A DNA stretch of 64,000 nt from an uncultured virus (IMG/VR IMGVR_UViG_3300036716_000812) (IMGVR_UViG_3300036716_000812), one strand, 5' to 3'; positions 18,048 through 28,205 are shown, numbered from the stretch's first letter. The notes: generated from the letters alone by a model not told the origin. Program-made: numbers and translations.

Positions 18048-18762
18048 ATACGCCAGTCTTTTCATTTCTTTTTCCATGATAAAAAGGAAATTGTTTTGCT
18101 ATCTGTACCACTTCATCGTAGTTGATTATCAATTCTTGTTTTTGTTCTTTTGTTAATTGCTTTTTCATTCCTCGAATATCATTATCAATATCAATAAATT
18201 CATTTAACTTTTCATAAGGATAAAAGGTACAATTATAATCATCTTTATATCTATCTACATACTCATTATAGAGATGGCAATCTCTTTGATATCTCGTACA
18301 TCTAGTCTTGATGTACTCGGTGTCTATATGTCTCTTTTTGTGTTCTCTTATTTTGTTGTCAGTTACAACCCAAGAGTTGTCCATCTCGGCAATCATATGA
18401 CTGCAAATTGTATCTAAACAATCAATTCTAAAACAAAAATGTAAGTCAGTAACATTTAATCCACGAAAAAAATTATCAGTGGCAGATAAATCAAAAGCAC
18501 ATTCATTTTGTTGTTGCGGTTCTTGTTGTGGCGTGCGGTCGACAACACCAGTTGTCACAAGATACTTCATACTCCAATCTTTATAAAACTTAATTTTTTT
18601 AAGTTTATCAAAAAACATTTGATATTCGCATGGATGTATTTCTGTAGAATAAAAATCGTGTTCCCAAAAGTTAAATGGAGGATTACATAGATTTTGTGCA
18701 ACATGGTGTTCCACGACCGTGCTTCCTGTTCTTGCAGTGTAAATGATTAGATGTTTACTCAT
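18037..18762 (-). CDS. Sulfotransferase-like protein (Stf0-like)
   Basis: N-terminal YTARTGST PAPS-binding loop; R..LDTICS..IA; YE motif. Confidence 0.6.
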   Translation of the reverse strand: MSKHLIIYTARTGSTVVEHHVAQNLCNPPFNFWEHDFYSTEIHPCEYQMFFDKLKKIKFYKDWSMKYLVTTGVVDRTPQQEPQQQNECAFDLSATDNFFRGLNVTDLHFCFRIDCLDTICSHMIAEMDNSWVVTDNKIREHKKRHIDTEYIKTRCTRYQRDCHLYNEYVDRYKDDYNCTFYPYEKLNEFIDIDNDIRGMKKQLTKEQKQELIINYDEVVQIAKQFPFYHGKRNEKTGVLET

Positions 18763-18815
18763 TTCGTCTCGTGTTCATCATCGCCGTCACTATTCCAAAT
18801 TGGTACTATTTTCAT
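18759..18815 (-). CDS. 18-aa mini-ORF MKIVPIWNSDGDDEHETK, probably a recombination scar
   Basis: ATGA-type overlaps with both flanking genes; first 8 aa identical to the N-terminus of the 16652-18040 protein. Confidence 0.5.
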   Translation of the reverse strand: MKIVPIWNSDGDDEHETK

Positions 18816-18822
18816 GTCTCTA
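18791..18822. repeat. 32-bp direct repeat, copy 2
   Basis: Identical to 18016-18047. Confidence 0.95.
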
Positions 18823-19999
18823 CTCCACACATTAAAGAACATGCTTTTAATCTTTTATTTCTTATATCTCTGTCTTTAAAACTTTCAATCCATTTGTTTG
18901 TATACATGTCTCCATCAATGATATCTTTCAATGATGTATGATGAAGTGAAATCTTTTCTTTTCCGTAATCATTTATAAAGTTTTTTAATGGTAGTGACAC
19001 TTCACTATTAGCATCATCATAAAAACTAGCAGTGTAACAACAAGGAAAAACTAAACCTGCGTGATTGACCCAAATTTGATTTCTGTCTATTGCTTCGCAT
19101 TGAATATCACATTTACTTAATTTCTTATCATGTTCATTTAGCGGACTGATTAAGTCGACCTCTTTCTTTGTCCAATGTAAGACGTGAGTAGACGACTTTT
19201 CAGATTTCTTTAGTTGTAATTTAATATCTTTAAGATATCCTGAAGTTGACTTAGAACCCATTTCTACTGTGTCATTGAAGACATTTCCAAGTTGTATATC
19301 TTGTCTAGGATTCCAATTTTTTCCTTTAATATCAATCGAAGGTTTAATTGTATATTCAAATATTCCTTCTGTTCCGTAAACATGCATGTTGTTTTCACCA
19401 TCGTCATCTTTATAAAATCCAAATGCTTTCTTTGGAAAGAAAGTTTCAATGCCCAACTCGTTTGACAATTTTCTTGCTTCTTCTATTTGATGTTGGTTGT
19501 GTCTGAATACGAGAAACTCCCACCGTGCTTTTGCACCTGTTGATTTGTAATTCGTCATGGCAGTCATAATTTTATCCCAATAAGTACCTCGGCGATATAT
19601 CCAATTTGTATCTTCAAGACCATCAACACTGAATACTAAAGTTCCATTTTCTTTAAATATTTCACCCAAGTCACGCCAAAACTCTGGGTCTCTTCCACTT
19701 GCGTTTGAGTTCATCTGCATTCTTATATCTGGATTTATAGACTTGAAGTATTGTAAAATAGGTATGAGGTCTGGATTAGTCATAGCATCCCCATAGTTTC
19801 CACACATTCCAAGTTGATGAATCTGTTTAATGAAATCTACTGAGAACCAATCTTTTATATTCTGTAAAGTCATATATGTTTCTGTAAATAATGGATTCTT
19901 TACTCCACCCGAGGCTCTACGACCACATTGTGGACATAGGGCATTACAAAGACTGCTCACTTCTAATTCAAGATGTCTTATGTCTTTATAATCAATCAT
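18812..19999 (-). CDS. Radical SAM protein with C-terminal SPASM/twitch-like domain, paralog of both halves of 12007-14502
   Basis: CNALCPQC, CGNYGD, FSVDGLEDTN, VFPCC, CSLMC; start moved to ATG 19999 (TAATG overlap). Confidence 0.85.
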   Translation of the reverse strand: MIDYKDIRHLELEVSSLCNALCPQCGRRASGGVKNPLFTETYMTLQNIKDWFSVDFIKQIHQLGMCGNYGDAMTNPDLIPILQYFKSINPDIRMQMNSNASGRDPEFWRDLGEIFKENGTLVFSVDGLEDTNWIYRRGTYWDKIMTAMTNYKSTGAKARWEFLVFRHNQHQIEEARKLSNELGIETFFPKKAFGFYKDDDGENNMHVYGTEGIFEYTIKPSIDIKGKNWNPRQDIQLGNVFNDTVEMGSKSTSGYLKDIKLQLKKSEKSSTHVLHWTKKEVDLISPLNEHDKKLSKCDIQCEAIDRNQIWVNHAGLVFPCCYTASFYDDANSEVSLPLKNFINDYGKEKISLHHTSLKDIIDGDMYTNKWIESFKDRDIRNKRLKACSLMCGVET

Positions 20000-21528
20000 T
20001 ACTTTCCTAACGCATCGGTGTCTGTATTCCAACCGCCCACTGTTTCGTGTTCATCATCTCCACCATCATATGCTTTGGTTGTTGCAGGGTCGCCTGCTCT
20101 ATCAACTGATTCAAGTTCTATAGTCTTTGACCTTATATCACTTTCACTTGGCACATCTGCTTCTAATGATTTAAACCACTCTGCTAGTGGTCCAGGAAAC
20201 GTAGATACGAAATCTTTCCCTCTGCGTATGTCATACTGTGCAAAGAATGCCTTGAAATCGTTATACAACTTCGGGGTCTCTGCTGTGTTCTTATGTGGTG
20301 TCTTAACGATATCTAAGTAGTCAATCAATCTACGAACACTTTCTTTCTCACCATCAGTTAGCATTTCTTGTGGGCGTTCACTCATATACCAATTCTCCAA
20401 CACATCTTTATAATGAGTTTTGATTTCTTCTGGTAGTATCGCCGCACTTTGAAAAGATGGAAATCTTAAAATGTTTAACGTCATTGTTGGCGCACGATGT
20501 TCGTATTCTTCACGCAAATCTAACATCTCGTCCATAAACTCTGTGATAGAATTTAGGCAAAGAGAATTGATTGTCATCATCATATGTAATTTAGATACGT
20601 TTGCTTCTTTTAATACACGGTGTATATTTGATTTCCAGTACTCATAGTCTAGTCCGTCACGAATGTACTCACCTTGTACTCCTGTTGCTTCCATACTGGT
20701 GTATATCTCAAGTTTAGGAATATGCCAAGATTCTTTAACAAGTTTGTCAAGAACTTTAGGAGTTTCAGGACACATATTTGAGTTAATAGCAAAACGCATA
20801 TTGCGTCCTCTATTGGGATTATCTTTGAACCATTGAAATAACTTCCACGTGCCTTTGTGCATAATAGGTTCGCCACCCGTGATACGAATTTCTTCTAAGC
20901 AATCTGCTAAGTCACTTTCCCACCACTTATGAAATGCTTGTATGTATGGATTATCTTCTTGTCGTTTTGTTTTAGGTTCGGCATATGGTGCTGTATCTTG
21001 GAAGTGTCCACGACCATCAGATTGTATATTCTGATAACCACCATAATCATTAATGTCTTTCACCCATGCTGTACTAAATGCAGGATTACAATAAGAACAT
21101 TTAAAATTACAAGCCCTATCAAATGATATTTCTAGTGTACGCAAGTTTACGTTATTATCCCATGGCATATCTACTGATTTTTCGATATCTTTATCTGTGA
21201 AGATTTCTGTTTTGAATACTCTATCAGAGATATGGTCTTTACCCATGTCTTCAACTTTCCAACAATACTCACACTCTGCTGGTCTTTCACCTTCTTGCAT
21301 AAGTTTACGCATCTTCTTCTTATGACTGGTGTTATGAATTGCCGATGGATTATCTTTCAGTTCTTCAAGTGGAATCCAATGTCCTGGTGGGTGATGACAA
21401 CTTGCAGTCTGTCCATGTCCTAACCAGATGGTAGCATTATACCACTTAGCGGCACAATATGATTTACTAATCGGGTCGATGATTCGTTCTTTATATTGAT
21501 GTAATGTTTCTGCGTTTTTTCTAGCCAT
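19999..21528 (-). CDS. Radical SAM protein with N-terminal Cys/His auxiliary domain
   Basis: CAAKW..SCHHP..CEYCW, CNFKCSYC, TGGEP. Confidence 0.85.
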   Translation of the reverse strand: MARKNAETLHQYKERIIDPISKSYCAAKWYNATIWLGHGQTASCHHPPGHWIPLEELKDNPSAIHNTSHKKKMRKLMQEGERPAECEYCWKVEDMGKDHISDRVFKTEIFTDKDIEKSVDMPWDNNVNLRTLEISFDRACNFKCSYCNPAFSTAWVKDINDYGGYQNIQSDGRGHFQDTAPYAEPKTKRQEDNPYIQAFHKWWESDLADCLEEIRITGGEPIMHKGTWKLFQWFKDNPNRGRNMRFAINSNMCPETPKVLDKLVKESWHIPKLEIYTSMEATGVQGEYIRDGLDYEYWKSNIHRVLKEANVSKLHMMMTINSLCLNSITEFMDEMLDLREEYEHRAPTMTLNILRFPSFQSAAILPEEIKTHYKDVLENWYMSERPQEMLTDGEKESVRRLIDYLDIVKTPHKNTAETPKLYNDFKAFFAQYDIRRGKDFVSTFPGPLAEWFKSLEADVPSESDIRSKTIELESVDRAGDPATTKAYDGGDDEHETVGGWNTDTDALGK

Positions 21529-22927
21529 TGCTTGTCTCTATTTTAAATACTCTTGTTGGTGTCAAACTATCATACCATTCTGATAATATTGGACTAAATG
21601 TTGTTCTTAAATCTTTGCCTCGTCTTTTGTCATATTGTGTATAGAATGATTTGAAATCTCCTTGGCGTTTCTTTAATACTTCTTCTGAATGAGGTATACG
21701 AATCGCTTTATCCAAGTGGTCAATTATTCTGGTTACATGTATGCCTTCTTGGTCTAATAAATCTTCTTTTCTTTTTTCATGCCATACTATTAATTTATCA
21801 TTATAATATTTTATAATATTTGTTGGTAAAGTACTAATACTCTGAAACTCAGGATTATACACTGGATTCAATGATAATAAAATTGAACTACCACTATATT
21901 CTTCTCTAAGTTCTAGGATATCATCCATAAAATCTGTTATAGAATCTAAAGACAATGCGTTGATAGTCATCATTATGCCTAGTTTATTTACTTTAGATTG
22001 TTCTAATAATCTCTTAACGTTATTTAACCAAACTTCATAATTCATTCCATCGCGGATATAATCTGCTTGTATTCCGAAGGCTTCACAACTTGTAAACATT
22101 TCAAATCCAGGAACATATTCAATTGCGTCTAATAATCTTTGAAATGTTTTTTCTTTTTCTGGAACAAGATTTGAATTAATCGCAAATCTCATTCTTTTAC
22201 CACGCTCTGGATTATTCTTAAACCAGTCGAGTAATTTCCACACACTAGGATGCATAATAGGTTCACCACCTGTTACTCTAATTCCATCAAGTGTGTCTGC
22301 TAGTCCCCCATCTTCTTCCCACCATTTCCAAAATGCTTGAATATATGGATTATCTTCATCTCTCTTTGTTACATTGGCAGCCCAATCGGATGTATGTGTA
22401 TAATGTTCTCTTTTATCTGATTGAATATTTTCATAAGGTCCATTATCTTTTATATCTTTTACCCATGTCGTGCTAAATGTGGGTCCACAATACGAACATG
22501 CAAGGTTACATGCTCTATCAAATGATACTTCGAGTGTTCTTAGAAGTGCGTTATCACTCCATTTTCTTAAAGGTATTGCATCTAAATCTGTTTCTTCATA
22601 CATCAGTGTTTTGAAAACCCGTTCAGAAATTTTATCTACACCCTTGGCTTCTACTTCCCAACACTTATAACATTCAGATGGTTGTTCACCATTGAGCATC
22701 ATTTTACGCATCTTCTTCTTGTGGCTTGTATTGTGTATTGCTGATGGATTTTCTTTTAATTCTTCTATTGAAATATCATGTGGAGATGGAAGATGACAAC
22801 TAGTCGTTTGTCCATGTCCTAACCAGATAGTAGCACCATGCCATTTCGCACCACAAAACGTGGAACTTTTCGAATCCATAACTCGTGTTTTGTATTCTAA
22901 AAATGACTCTGTTGAACTTTTTCTCAT
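21521..22927 (-). CDS. Radical SAM protein, paralog of 19999-21528
   Basis: CGAKW..SCHLP..CYKCW, CNLACSYC, TGGEP. Confidence 0.85.
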   Translation of the reverse strand: MRKSSTESFLEYKTRVMDSKSSTFCGAKWHGATIWLGHGQTTSCHLPSPHDISIEELKENPSAIHNTSHKKKMRKMMLNGEQPSECYKCWEVEAKGVDKISERVFKTLMYEETDLDAIPLRKWSDNALLRTLEVSFDRACNLACSYCGPTFSTTWVKDIKDNGPYENIQSDKREHYTHTSDWAANVTKRDEDNPYIQAFWKWWEEDGGLADTLDGIRVTGGEPIMHPSVWKLLDWFKNNPERGKRMRFAINSNLVPEKEKTFQRLLDAIEYVPGFEMFTSCEAFGIQADYIRDGMNYEVWLNNVKRLLEQSKVNKLGIMMTINALSLDSITDFMDDILELREEYSGSSILLSLNPVYNPEFQSISTLPTNIIKYYNDKLIVWHEKRKEDLLDQEGIHVTRIIDHLDKAIRIPHSEEVLKKRQGDFKSFYTQYDKRRGKDLRTTFSPILSEWYDSLTPTRVFKIETSNG

Positions 22928-24492
22928 TGTGTGTATTGCTCTTCGTATTCTTCTTTTGCTTCGTTCCAGAAGTCTGTCATCTCTGGAAATGTGGCCAAGA
23001 AATCTAAGCCCCTACGTTTGTCATACTGTGTAAAATATTCGTAAAATTTTATTAGTTTGTCACTTAAATCTTCAGAAGACATATTATCACCTTCTTTAGC
23101 CCATGCTAAATCTCTTTCTAATTTTAATACCTCATAATTCTTAAAGCCTGTATACTTGCGACCATACAAATCATTTTCTAAAACATTCTCTTTCATAAAG
23201 TTGATGTTCTCTTCAAGCACATCTAACATATCACCATCTGCTAATTGCAGAGTCATCCAATCTGGGTATCTCAAGTATGGAGTATCAAACCAAATTCTTT
23301 GTCTCTTTTTTCGAACAAAAGGAGTATGAACAACACCATCTCTGTCTGGTGGTTGAACAACTTTATCTTCTTGGTTTTCATAACCGAATTCTTCACGCAA
23401 GTCTAATATCATTTGTAAGAAACCTCGAAGATTTGGAATACTAAGTAACTGAAATGTGTTAATGAACGATATTTCAGTCCCTGTTGTTTCACTTAGAACT
23501 CGTCTACAGTTTTGATACATTTTCTCAAAATCAAGACCGTCACGCATGTATTCTGCTTGTTTGCCTACTCCATCTACACTTACGTATAAACTAAAATGTT
23601 TACATGCTGGTGCAACGTACCAGTGATTACCACTGTCTGGATTAAACTTATCTGTGTCTTCCCATACACGAACTTCTTCAATTGCTTTCAATTTGTCTAT
23701 AAACTTATCAAATAACGCATCTTGTGGTGGACACATATTTGAAGTTATACTTAAATCTAGTGTTGCGTTTGGATTTTCGTTTACATAATCTAATACTTTG
23801 AATGTGTTGTTGTCCATTAGTGGCTCACCGCCAGTCATACGAAAAACTTTTAAATCTTGATACACTTTAGGAAACCATTCCCAAAATGCGGTGATGTATG
23901 GATTATCTCTACGAGAGACTTCTAACGGCATCATTCCTGTCTTACGTAGATAGTCTATGTCATTGTGACCTGTTCCGTTTGAGAAACGAAATCCGCCATG
24001 TTCTTTTACGTCATCTTCCCATGCAGTAGACAAGTGAGGTGAGCAATAACTACATTTAAAGTTACATGCTTGGTTAAAATTGACTTCGACATATCGTGGA
24101 GTAATGTCGTGGTCCCAAGGATTGTTTACAACTTCATCCCATGCGTCTTTTACCCACCATTCACTTGAGCGATAGTGTCTATCGCTTAATCTACCACCCT
24201 CTGGTGGATTCGGAGCATCTTCTACATTCCAACAGTACTGACATCCTTCAGGACGAGTACCCTCTTTCATTTGTTTTCGTTCTTGTAATTTGAACTGTGT
24301 ATTATGTAATGCGTTCGGATTCGCTTTTAGTTCATCTAATGGAATCGCATGTGTTGGCGGATGATAACAACTGTGTGTTCTTCCTTGCGGCAAGTGTAAA
24401 CTTACCTGAAGCCATTTCGCCATGCACATAGACGGTGACAATGCATTTAAATTGTCTCGTGTGACAACAGCATCATCGTCATAATTAGACAT
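22924..24492 (-). CDS. Radical SAM protein of the same subfamily
   Basis: CMAKW..SCYHP..CQYCW, CNFKCSYC, TGGEP. Confidence 0.85.
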   Translation of the reverse strand: MSNYDDDAVVTRDNLNALSPSMCMAKWLQVSLHLPQGRTHSCYHPPTHAIPLDELKANPNALHNTQFKLQERKQMKEGTRPEGCQYCWNVEDAPNPPEGGRLSDRHYRSSEWWVKDAWDEVVNNPWDHDITPRYVEVNFNQACNFKCSYCSPHLSTAWEDDVKEHGGFRFSNGTGHNDIDYLRKTGMMPLEVSRRDNPYITAFWEWFPKVYQDLKVFRMTGGEPLMDNNTFKVLDYVNENPNATLDLSITSNMCPPQDALFDKFIDKLKAIEEVRVWEDTDKFNPDSGNHWYVAPACKHFSLYVSVDGVGKQAEYMRDGLDFEKMYQNCRRVLSETTGTEISFINTFQLLSIPNLRGFLQMILDLREEFGYENQEDKVVQPPDRDGVVHTPFVRKKRQRIWFDTPYLRYPDWMTLQLADGDMLDVLEENINFMKENVLENDLYGRKYTGFKNYEVLKLERDLAWAKEGDNMSSEDLSDKLIKFYEYFTQYDKRRGLDFLATFPEMTDFWNEAKEEYEEQYTQ

Positions 24493-25476
24493 TTAGTGTC
24501 CACTCCACCCTGTTGTCTTCTCTGTTGCTAGTGGATTTTCAACTCTAGGAGGATTTATATAATTAGTCTTCCAAAATCTTCCTACTTCTGGTGTAGGGTC
24601 GCATATTTCCATATCTATCTTATCAATAAGAATATCTCCTATTCGCAAACACTCATCATATAACTTATCATAGTCCCACTCAACGCCAGTTCGACTACAC
24701 TTCTCTTCACCACCAGCAACGATAGGTAATACTTCTTCTTCAAAATATGACTTGAACCAGTCAAACGATGAGATGTTCTCTAATTTGTAGTCATCTACAA
24801 AGTTCACATCATAACACCCAAGTCTTGCTCCGTAACAGGCCCAGATACCATTCTCTACATCTGCACCAACGCTACACCATATTGTTAGTCTTTGATAATT
24901 TTTATGCCATATTCTCTTTTTAAAGTCTTCTACTGGTACTTTTTTACCTTCATCTAGTGACATCTTAACGCCTTCACGATATCCTGCTCTAAATGCCTGA
25001 AACGGTGAACCCGCATTAAACACTTCTGAATAGATATTGTTCATTTGGATGTAGTTCAAGTCCCAACAGAAGTCTACTTTCTTTGTTTCGTCTTCTGCGT
25101 TCTCGTGTGTTTTCATCTCTAACACTAAATCTACTGGCCAACATTTAATGCCACCATTTCCGTAAACTAGTCCATTAACTGAATTCTTAGCACTCCAACT
25201 TATAATTGATACTGCTAAGTCTGTGTCGTCTGGAATTGATATTGCTAAATCAAAAAAACTTTCATCAACAATGTTATCGCCATCAATAGTAATAAATCTG
25301 TCAGTTTCACTTTGTCTTGCACATTCTTTATGTGCGTTATCAAATCCTTTTACTCCATCTACTCTTTTAGCAAATGGGAACTTCATCATTAGATTCGCCC
25401 AATGTTCCTCTTTTGCTGGTTCGTCATAACTGATATAGAATACATCTAAGTCACCAAGAATTATTTCTGTTTTCAT
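24493..25476 (-). CDS. GT-A-fold glycosyltransferase-like protein
   Basis: DVFYISYDEP, AHKECA, ITIDGDN (DxD), YGNGG; start MKTEI follows a GGAG RBS. Confidence 0.6.
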   Translation of the reverse strand: MKTEIILGDLDVFYISYDEPAKEEHWANLMMKFPFAKRVDGVKGFDNAHKECARQSETDRFITIDGDNIVDESFFDLAISIPDDTDLAVSIISWSAKNSVNGLVYGNGGIKCWPVDLVLEMKTHENAEDETKKVDFCWDLNYIQMNNIYSEVFNAGSPFQAFRAGYREGVKMSLDEGKKVPVEDFKKRIWHKNYQRLTIWCSVGADVENGIWACYGARLGCYDVNFVDDYKLENISSFDWFKSYFEEEVLPIVAGGEEKCSRTGVEWDYDKLYDECLRIGDILIDKIDMEICDPTPEVGRFWKTNYINPPRVENPLATEKTTGWSGH

Positions 25477-26045
25477 ATTTTTCTCCACGAATACTTATCA
25501 AAATACTTCTGCGTATACACGCTTATACTGTATTTATTATCTACAAACTTAATGCGTTTTCCAGTAGATAATAGTTCAGAAAATGGTATTTCTACTATTT
25601 TGATTAAGAACTCTGGACGGTCCTTATAAGTTATAAAGAATACATGGTCAGTCTTCCCAGCAACTGTTACTAATTGATTTGCGTCAATTCCAATAGTTTT
25701 CTTTAGTTTTTCATTGGCCTCGAACACTAGTTCATTCTCTTCTAAAGAAACAAAGATATCAGCATCTTCTGTTTCTAGTACCTTATGTAACTGATTGTCT
25801 TTGTTTCTTCTTTTAATATCGACTGTCGATTTTACAATTTCATATACAAGAGGATTATCTGTTCTGCTTACTATATAGTCTGAGAATTTATAACTACCAT
25901 TAAGAAAAGGCTCAATGTCTTTAATCTCAAACCAAGCAAATAAGTCTTTAGTATCTTGTATCTGGTTAGTTATTTGTGAAATCTTGTTGAACCCATCAAA
26001 ATAAACAGCACGACATGTATCAGTTTTGTTTATAAGACTTATCAT
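25473..26045 (-). CDS. Hypothetical protein
   Basis: 190-aa ORF with ATGA overlaps on both sides. Confidence 0.6.
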   Translation of the reverse strand: MISLINKTDTCRAVYFDGFNKISQITNQIQDTKDLFAWFEIKDIEPFLNGSYKFSDYIVSRTDNPLVYEIVKSTVDIKRRNKDNQLHKVLETEDADIFVSLEENELVFEANEKLKKTIGIDANQLVTVAGKTDHVFFITYKDRPEFLIKIVEIPFSELLSTGKRIKFVDNKYSISVYTQKYFDKYSWRKI

Positions 26046-26899
26046 GTTAATGCATCCTCGAGTTGTTTAATCTTATTCTCGTCCATCCAATTCTTCTCTA
26101 CATAATGTACAGGCAATGTTTGAGTGAAATTACCAATCTTAACTTGTAAATCATCTCCCAACTCACTTGTTATACTTTTTGTCCAATCACTGTCTATTTG
26201 ATTTGACGGCACATTCTGTATCATACTTTTCATATGAACAAAAGTAGGAACATCTTTAATATCGTAATCACATGTTTCTGCTTCAATATCTAACAGTTGA
26301 ATGGCTAATGCGTATGCTACATCGGCACTCATCCAATTCTGTCCTACACCCTTAAGAAACTTATCAAAGTATACATTCCAATGAGTCATAACCAATTCAA
26401 CCATTCTAAAGAATTCAAAAGTTAGTTCTGATTTCTTAAAGTATGTGAAGTTGCTATATACGTTTGGTAGATTTAATTGAGTGAACTTCTTTCGATAATA
26501 GTCGCTTGTTACATCTTCGTTGCGAAATGTTTTAACATTTGTGCAACACCAAACATCTTTCTTAGCAAGATAATCCCACCAATAGTCTACGCTCTCAGTG
26601 AATATCATATCACTATCAAGTATAATAGTTTCATCATAAGGAGTCATATGTGGATATTTCCACTTGTTGTGTATCTTCCACTTATCTCCTTTGGCGTCAT
26701 CATTCCAAGGAATATCAACTATAGAGTCAAATACTTTTTTGTGTTTGGCAGTTATTAGTTTCTTTGTTTCTTCATCTACACATACACATAGATTGCTATT
26801 CTCTTGTGTTGCTTTTAAACTGAGAGCAAGAGCATACGACATTTCTAAGTAATCAATGTCTCCACTATTCTGGGCAATAGTTATATATCCTTTGCTCAT
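26042..26899 (-). CDS. GT-A glycosyltransferase (GT8-like)
   Basis: GYITIA..YALALSLK, PYDETIILDSDM (DxD), FVHMK. Confidence 0.7.
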   Translation of the reverse strand: MSKGYITIAQNSGDIDYLEMSYALALSLKATQENSNLCVCVDEETKKLITAKHKKVFDSIVDIPWNDDAKGDKWKIHNKWKYPHMTPYDETIILDSDMIFTESVDYWWDYLAKKDVWCCTNVKTFRNEDVTSDYYRKKFTQLNLPNVYSNFTYFKKSELTFEFFRMVELVMTHWNVYFDKFLKGVGQNWMSADVAYALAIQLLDIEAETCDYDIKDVPTFVHMKSMIQNVPSNQIDSDWTKSITSELGDDLQVKIGNFTQTLPVHYVEKNWMDENKIKQLEDALT

Positions 26900-27765
26900 A
26901 CTTTTTCTCCGTTTGCTAACAGGTCATTAATGCATCTTGCGATTGCTTTCTTATTCATAATATGTATGTCCACATTTTTAAACCTTGATAGTAGATGATT
27001 TGTAATTCTTTCAGCGTCAGCACAATACATAATAATATCATTATGCGAGTTGACTCTGTAAATATCATCAAGGTCAAAACTGTTATTCAGATAATTAAAT
27101 GGTAATGATGGTACATCAAATGCAACACTTCCATTTAGTATATGTAATGCCATTGAAAACGCAAAGTCATTTCTGAATAGATTACCACTGCAATTATATA
27201 GGTAATAGTAATACTTATAATTATATTTTATGTGACTTATGAGAGTGAATAGATTTTCGGCAAAATCAGATTTTTTAAAATAAAAAACTGTTGCCCAATA
27301 CATAGGAATACTAAAGTTATCAAGGTATTCTATGTTCTCTTTATGACGTTCTGATACATCTCTGTATTTACAGTTAATCATCACATCGTTTTCACTATCC
27401 CATACTTGGTCTAAGACATTATTCATAATGAAATAGTCAGCATCTATAACCAATGTTTCGTCATACGGAGAGAGTTCATAGACCTCACTTCTACCCATAT
27501 TCTTAAATGATGCGTACTCAGTTATATGGGTGGTATCTTTGAACAATCGTATATTGTCTGGTTGAAAACTATCACTAATAATTACGTTATCGAAATACTT
27601 GTTAATTAGTTTCTTATTTGATTTTAAAGTCTCAGTATTAGTTATTAGACATATCTCGTCAAATAACGAAAGATTCTTTCTGGCATAACCAGCACATGCA
27701 CATGCCTGCTCGGCATAGTTGACGTACTCGTTATTCTGAGCAAATATTATAATACCCTTACTCAT
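26896..27765 (-). CDS. GT-A glycosyltransferase (GT8-like), paralog of the adjacent gene
   Basis: GIIIFA, SPYDETLVIDADY (DxD), RNDFAFS, HIMNK. Confidence 0.7.
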   Translation of the reverse strand: MSKGIIIFAQNNEYVNYAEQACACAGYARKNLSLFDEICLITNTETLKSNKKLINKYFDNVIISDSFQPDNIRLFKDTTHITEYASFKNMGRSEVYELSPYDETLVIDADYFIMNNVLDQVWDSENDVMINCKYRDVSERHKENIEYLDNFSIPMYWATVFYFKKSDFAENLFTLISHIKYNYKYYYYLYNCSGNLFRNDFAFSMALHILNGSVAFDVPSLPFNYLNNSFDLDDIYRVNSHNDIIMYCADAERITNHLLSRFKNVDIHIMNKKAIARCINDLLANGEKV

Positions 27766-27766
27766 A

Positions 27767-28150
27767 TTAAATTTCTAATACTTTTTCTATTTTACGAGAA
27801 CTTCTTAATTTTTGGTATTCGTTATAATAGTCATTCACTACTTCGAAGTACAAACTAGAGATATCATCAAGGAACTTTTCAGTATCTTCGATACGAACAG
27901 GTATGTCGTTTTTATCTAGTAGTGTTATCTCTGTTTTGCCATTTGAAACAACAAAATTCATAAAAGATATGAGTGATTGGTCAACTGTGAATGAGCCACC
28001 AGCAGTACTATAACTTAGTAAGTTCTGTGTTTTGACTTTTAGATTGTTTTTGTTTAGATTGAAAGTCTTCATTGTATTAGAAAAGTCTAATGCTTTCTCT
28101 AATCTTTCCAAGTCCTTCTCTGATGCTACATCTTTAATACTCTCGGCCAT
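27767..28150 (-). CDS. Hypothetical protein heading the GT/radical SAM operon
   Basis: 127-aa ORF with AGGAG RBS and an upstream sigma70 promoter. Confidence 0.65.
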   Translation of the reverse strand: MAESIKDVASEKDLERLEKALDFSNTMKTFNLNKNNLKVKTQNLLSYSTAGGSFTVDQSLISFMNFVVSNGKTEITLLDKNDIPVRIEDTEKFLDDISSLYFEVVNDYYNEYQKLRSSRKIEKVLEI

Positions 28151-28176
28151 AAATTTATTCTCCTATATTACTACTA

Positions 28177-28205
28177 ATAATACAGTAAAATCAACCAAAA
28201 GTCAA
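28177..28205 (-). promoter_or_regulatory. Sigma70-type promoter for the ~20-kb GT/radical SAM operon
   Basis: TTGACT-17 nt-TATTAT on the minus strand. Confidence 0.7.

Noticed and set aside
18759..18815. The 18-aa ORF as a RiPP precursor for the radical SAM enzymes
   Set aside because: Its sequence is explained as pieces of neighbouring genes, so a recombination scar is more parsimonious, though a substrate role is not strictly excluded
20000..20032. Upstream start of the 18812-20032 ORF given in the track
   Set aside because: Paralog alignment and the TAATG overlap favour ATG at 19999
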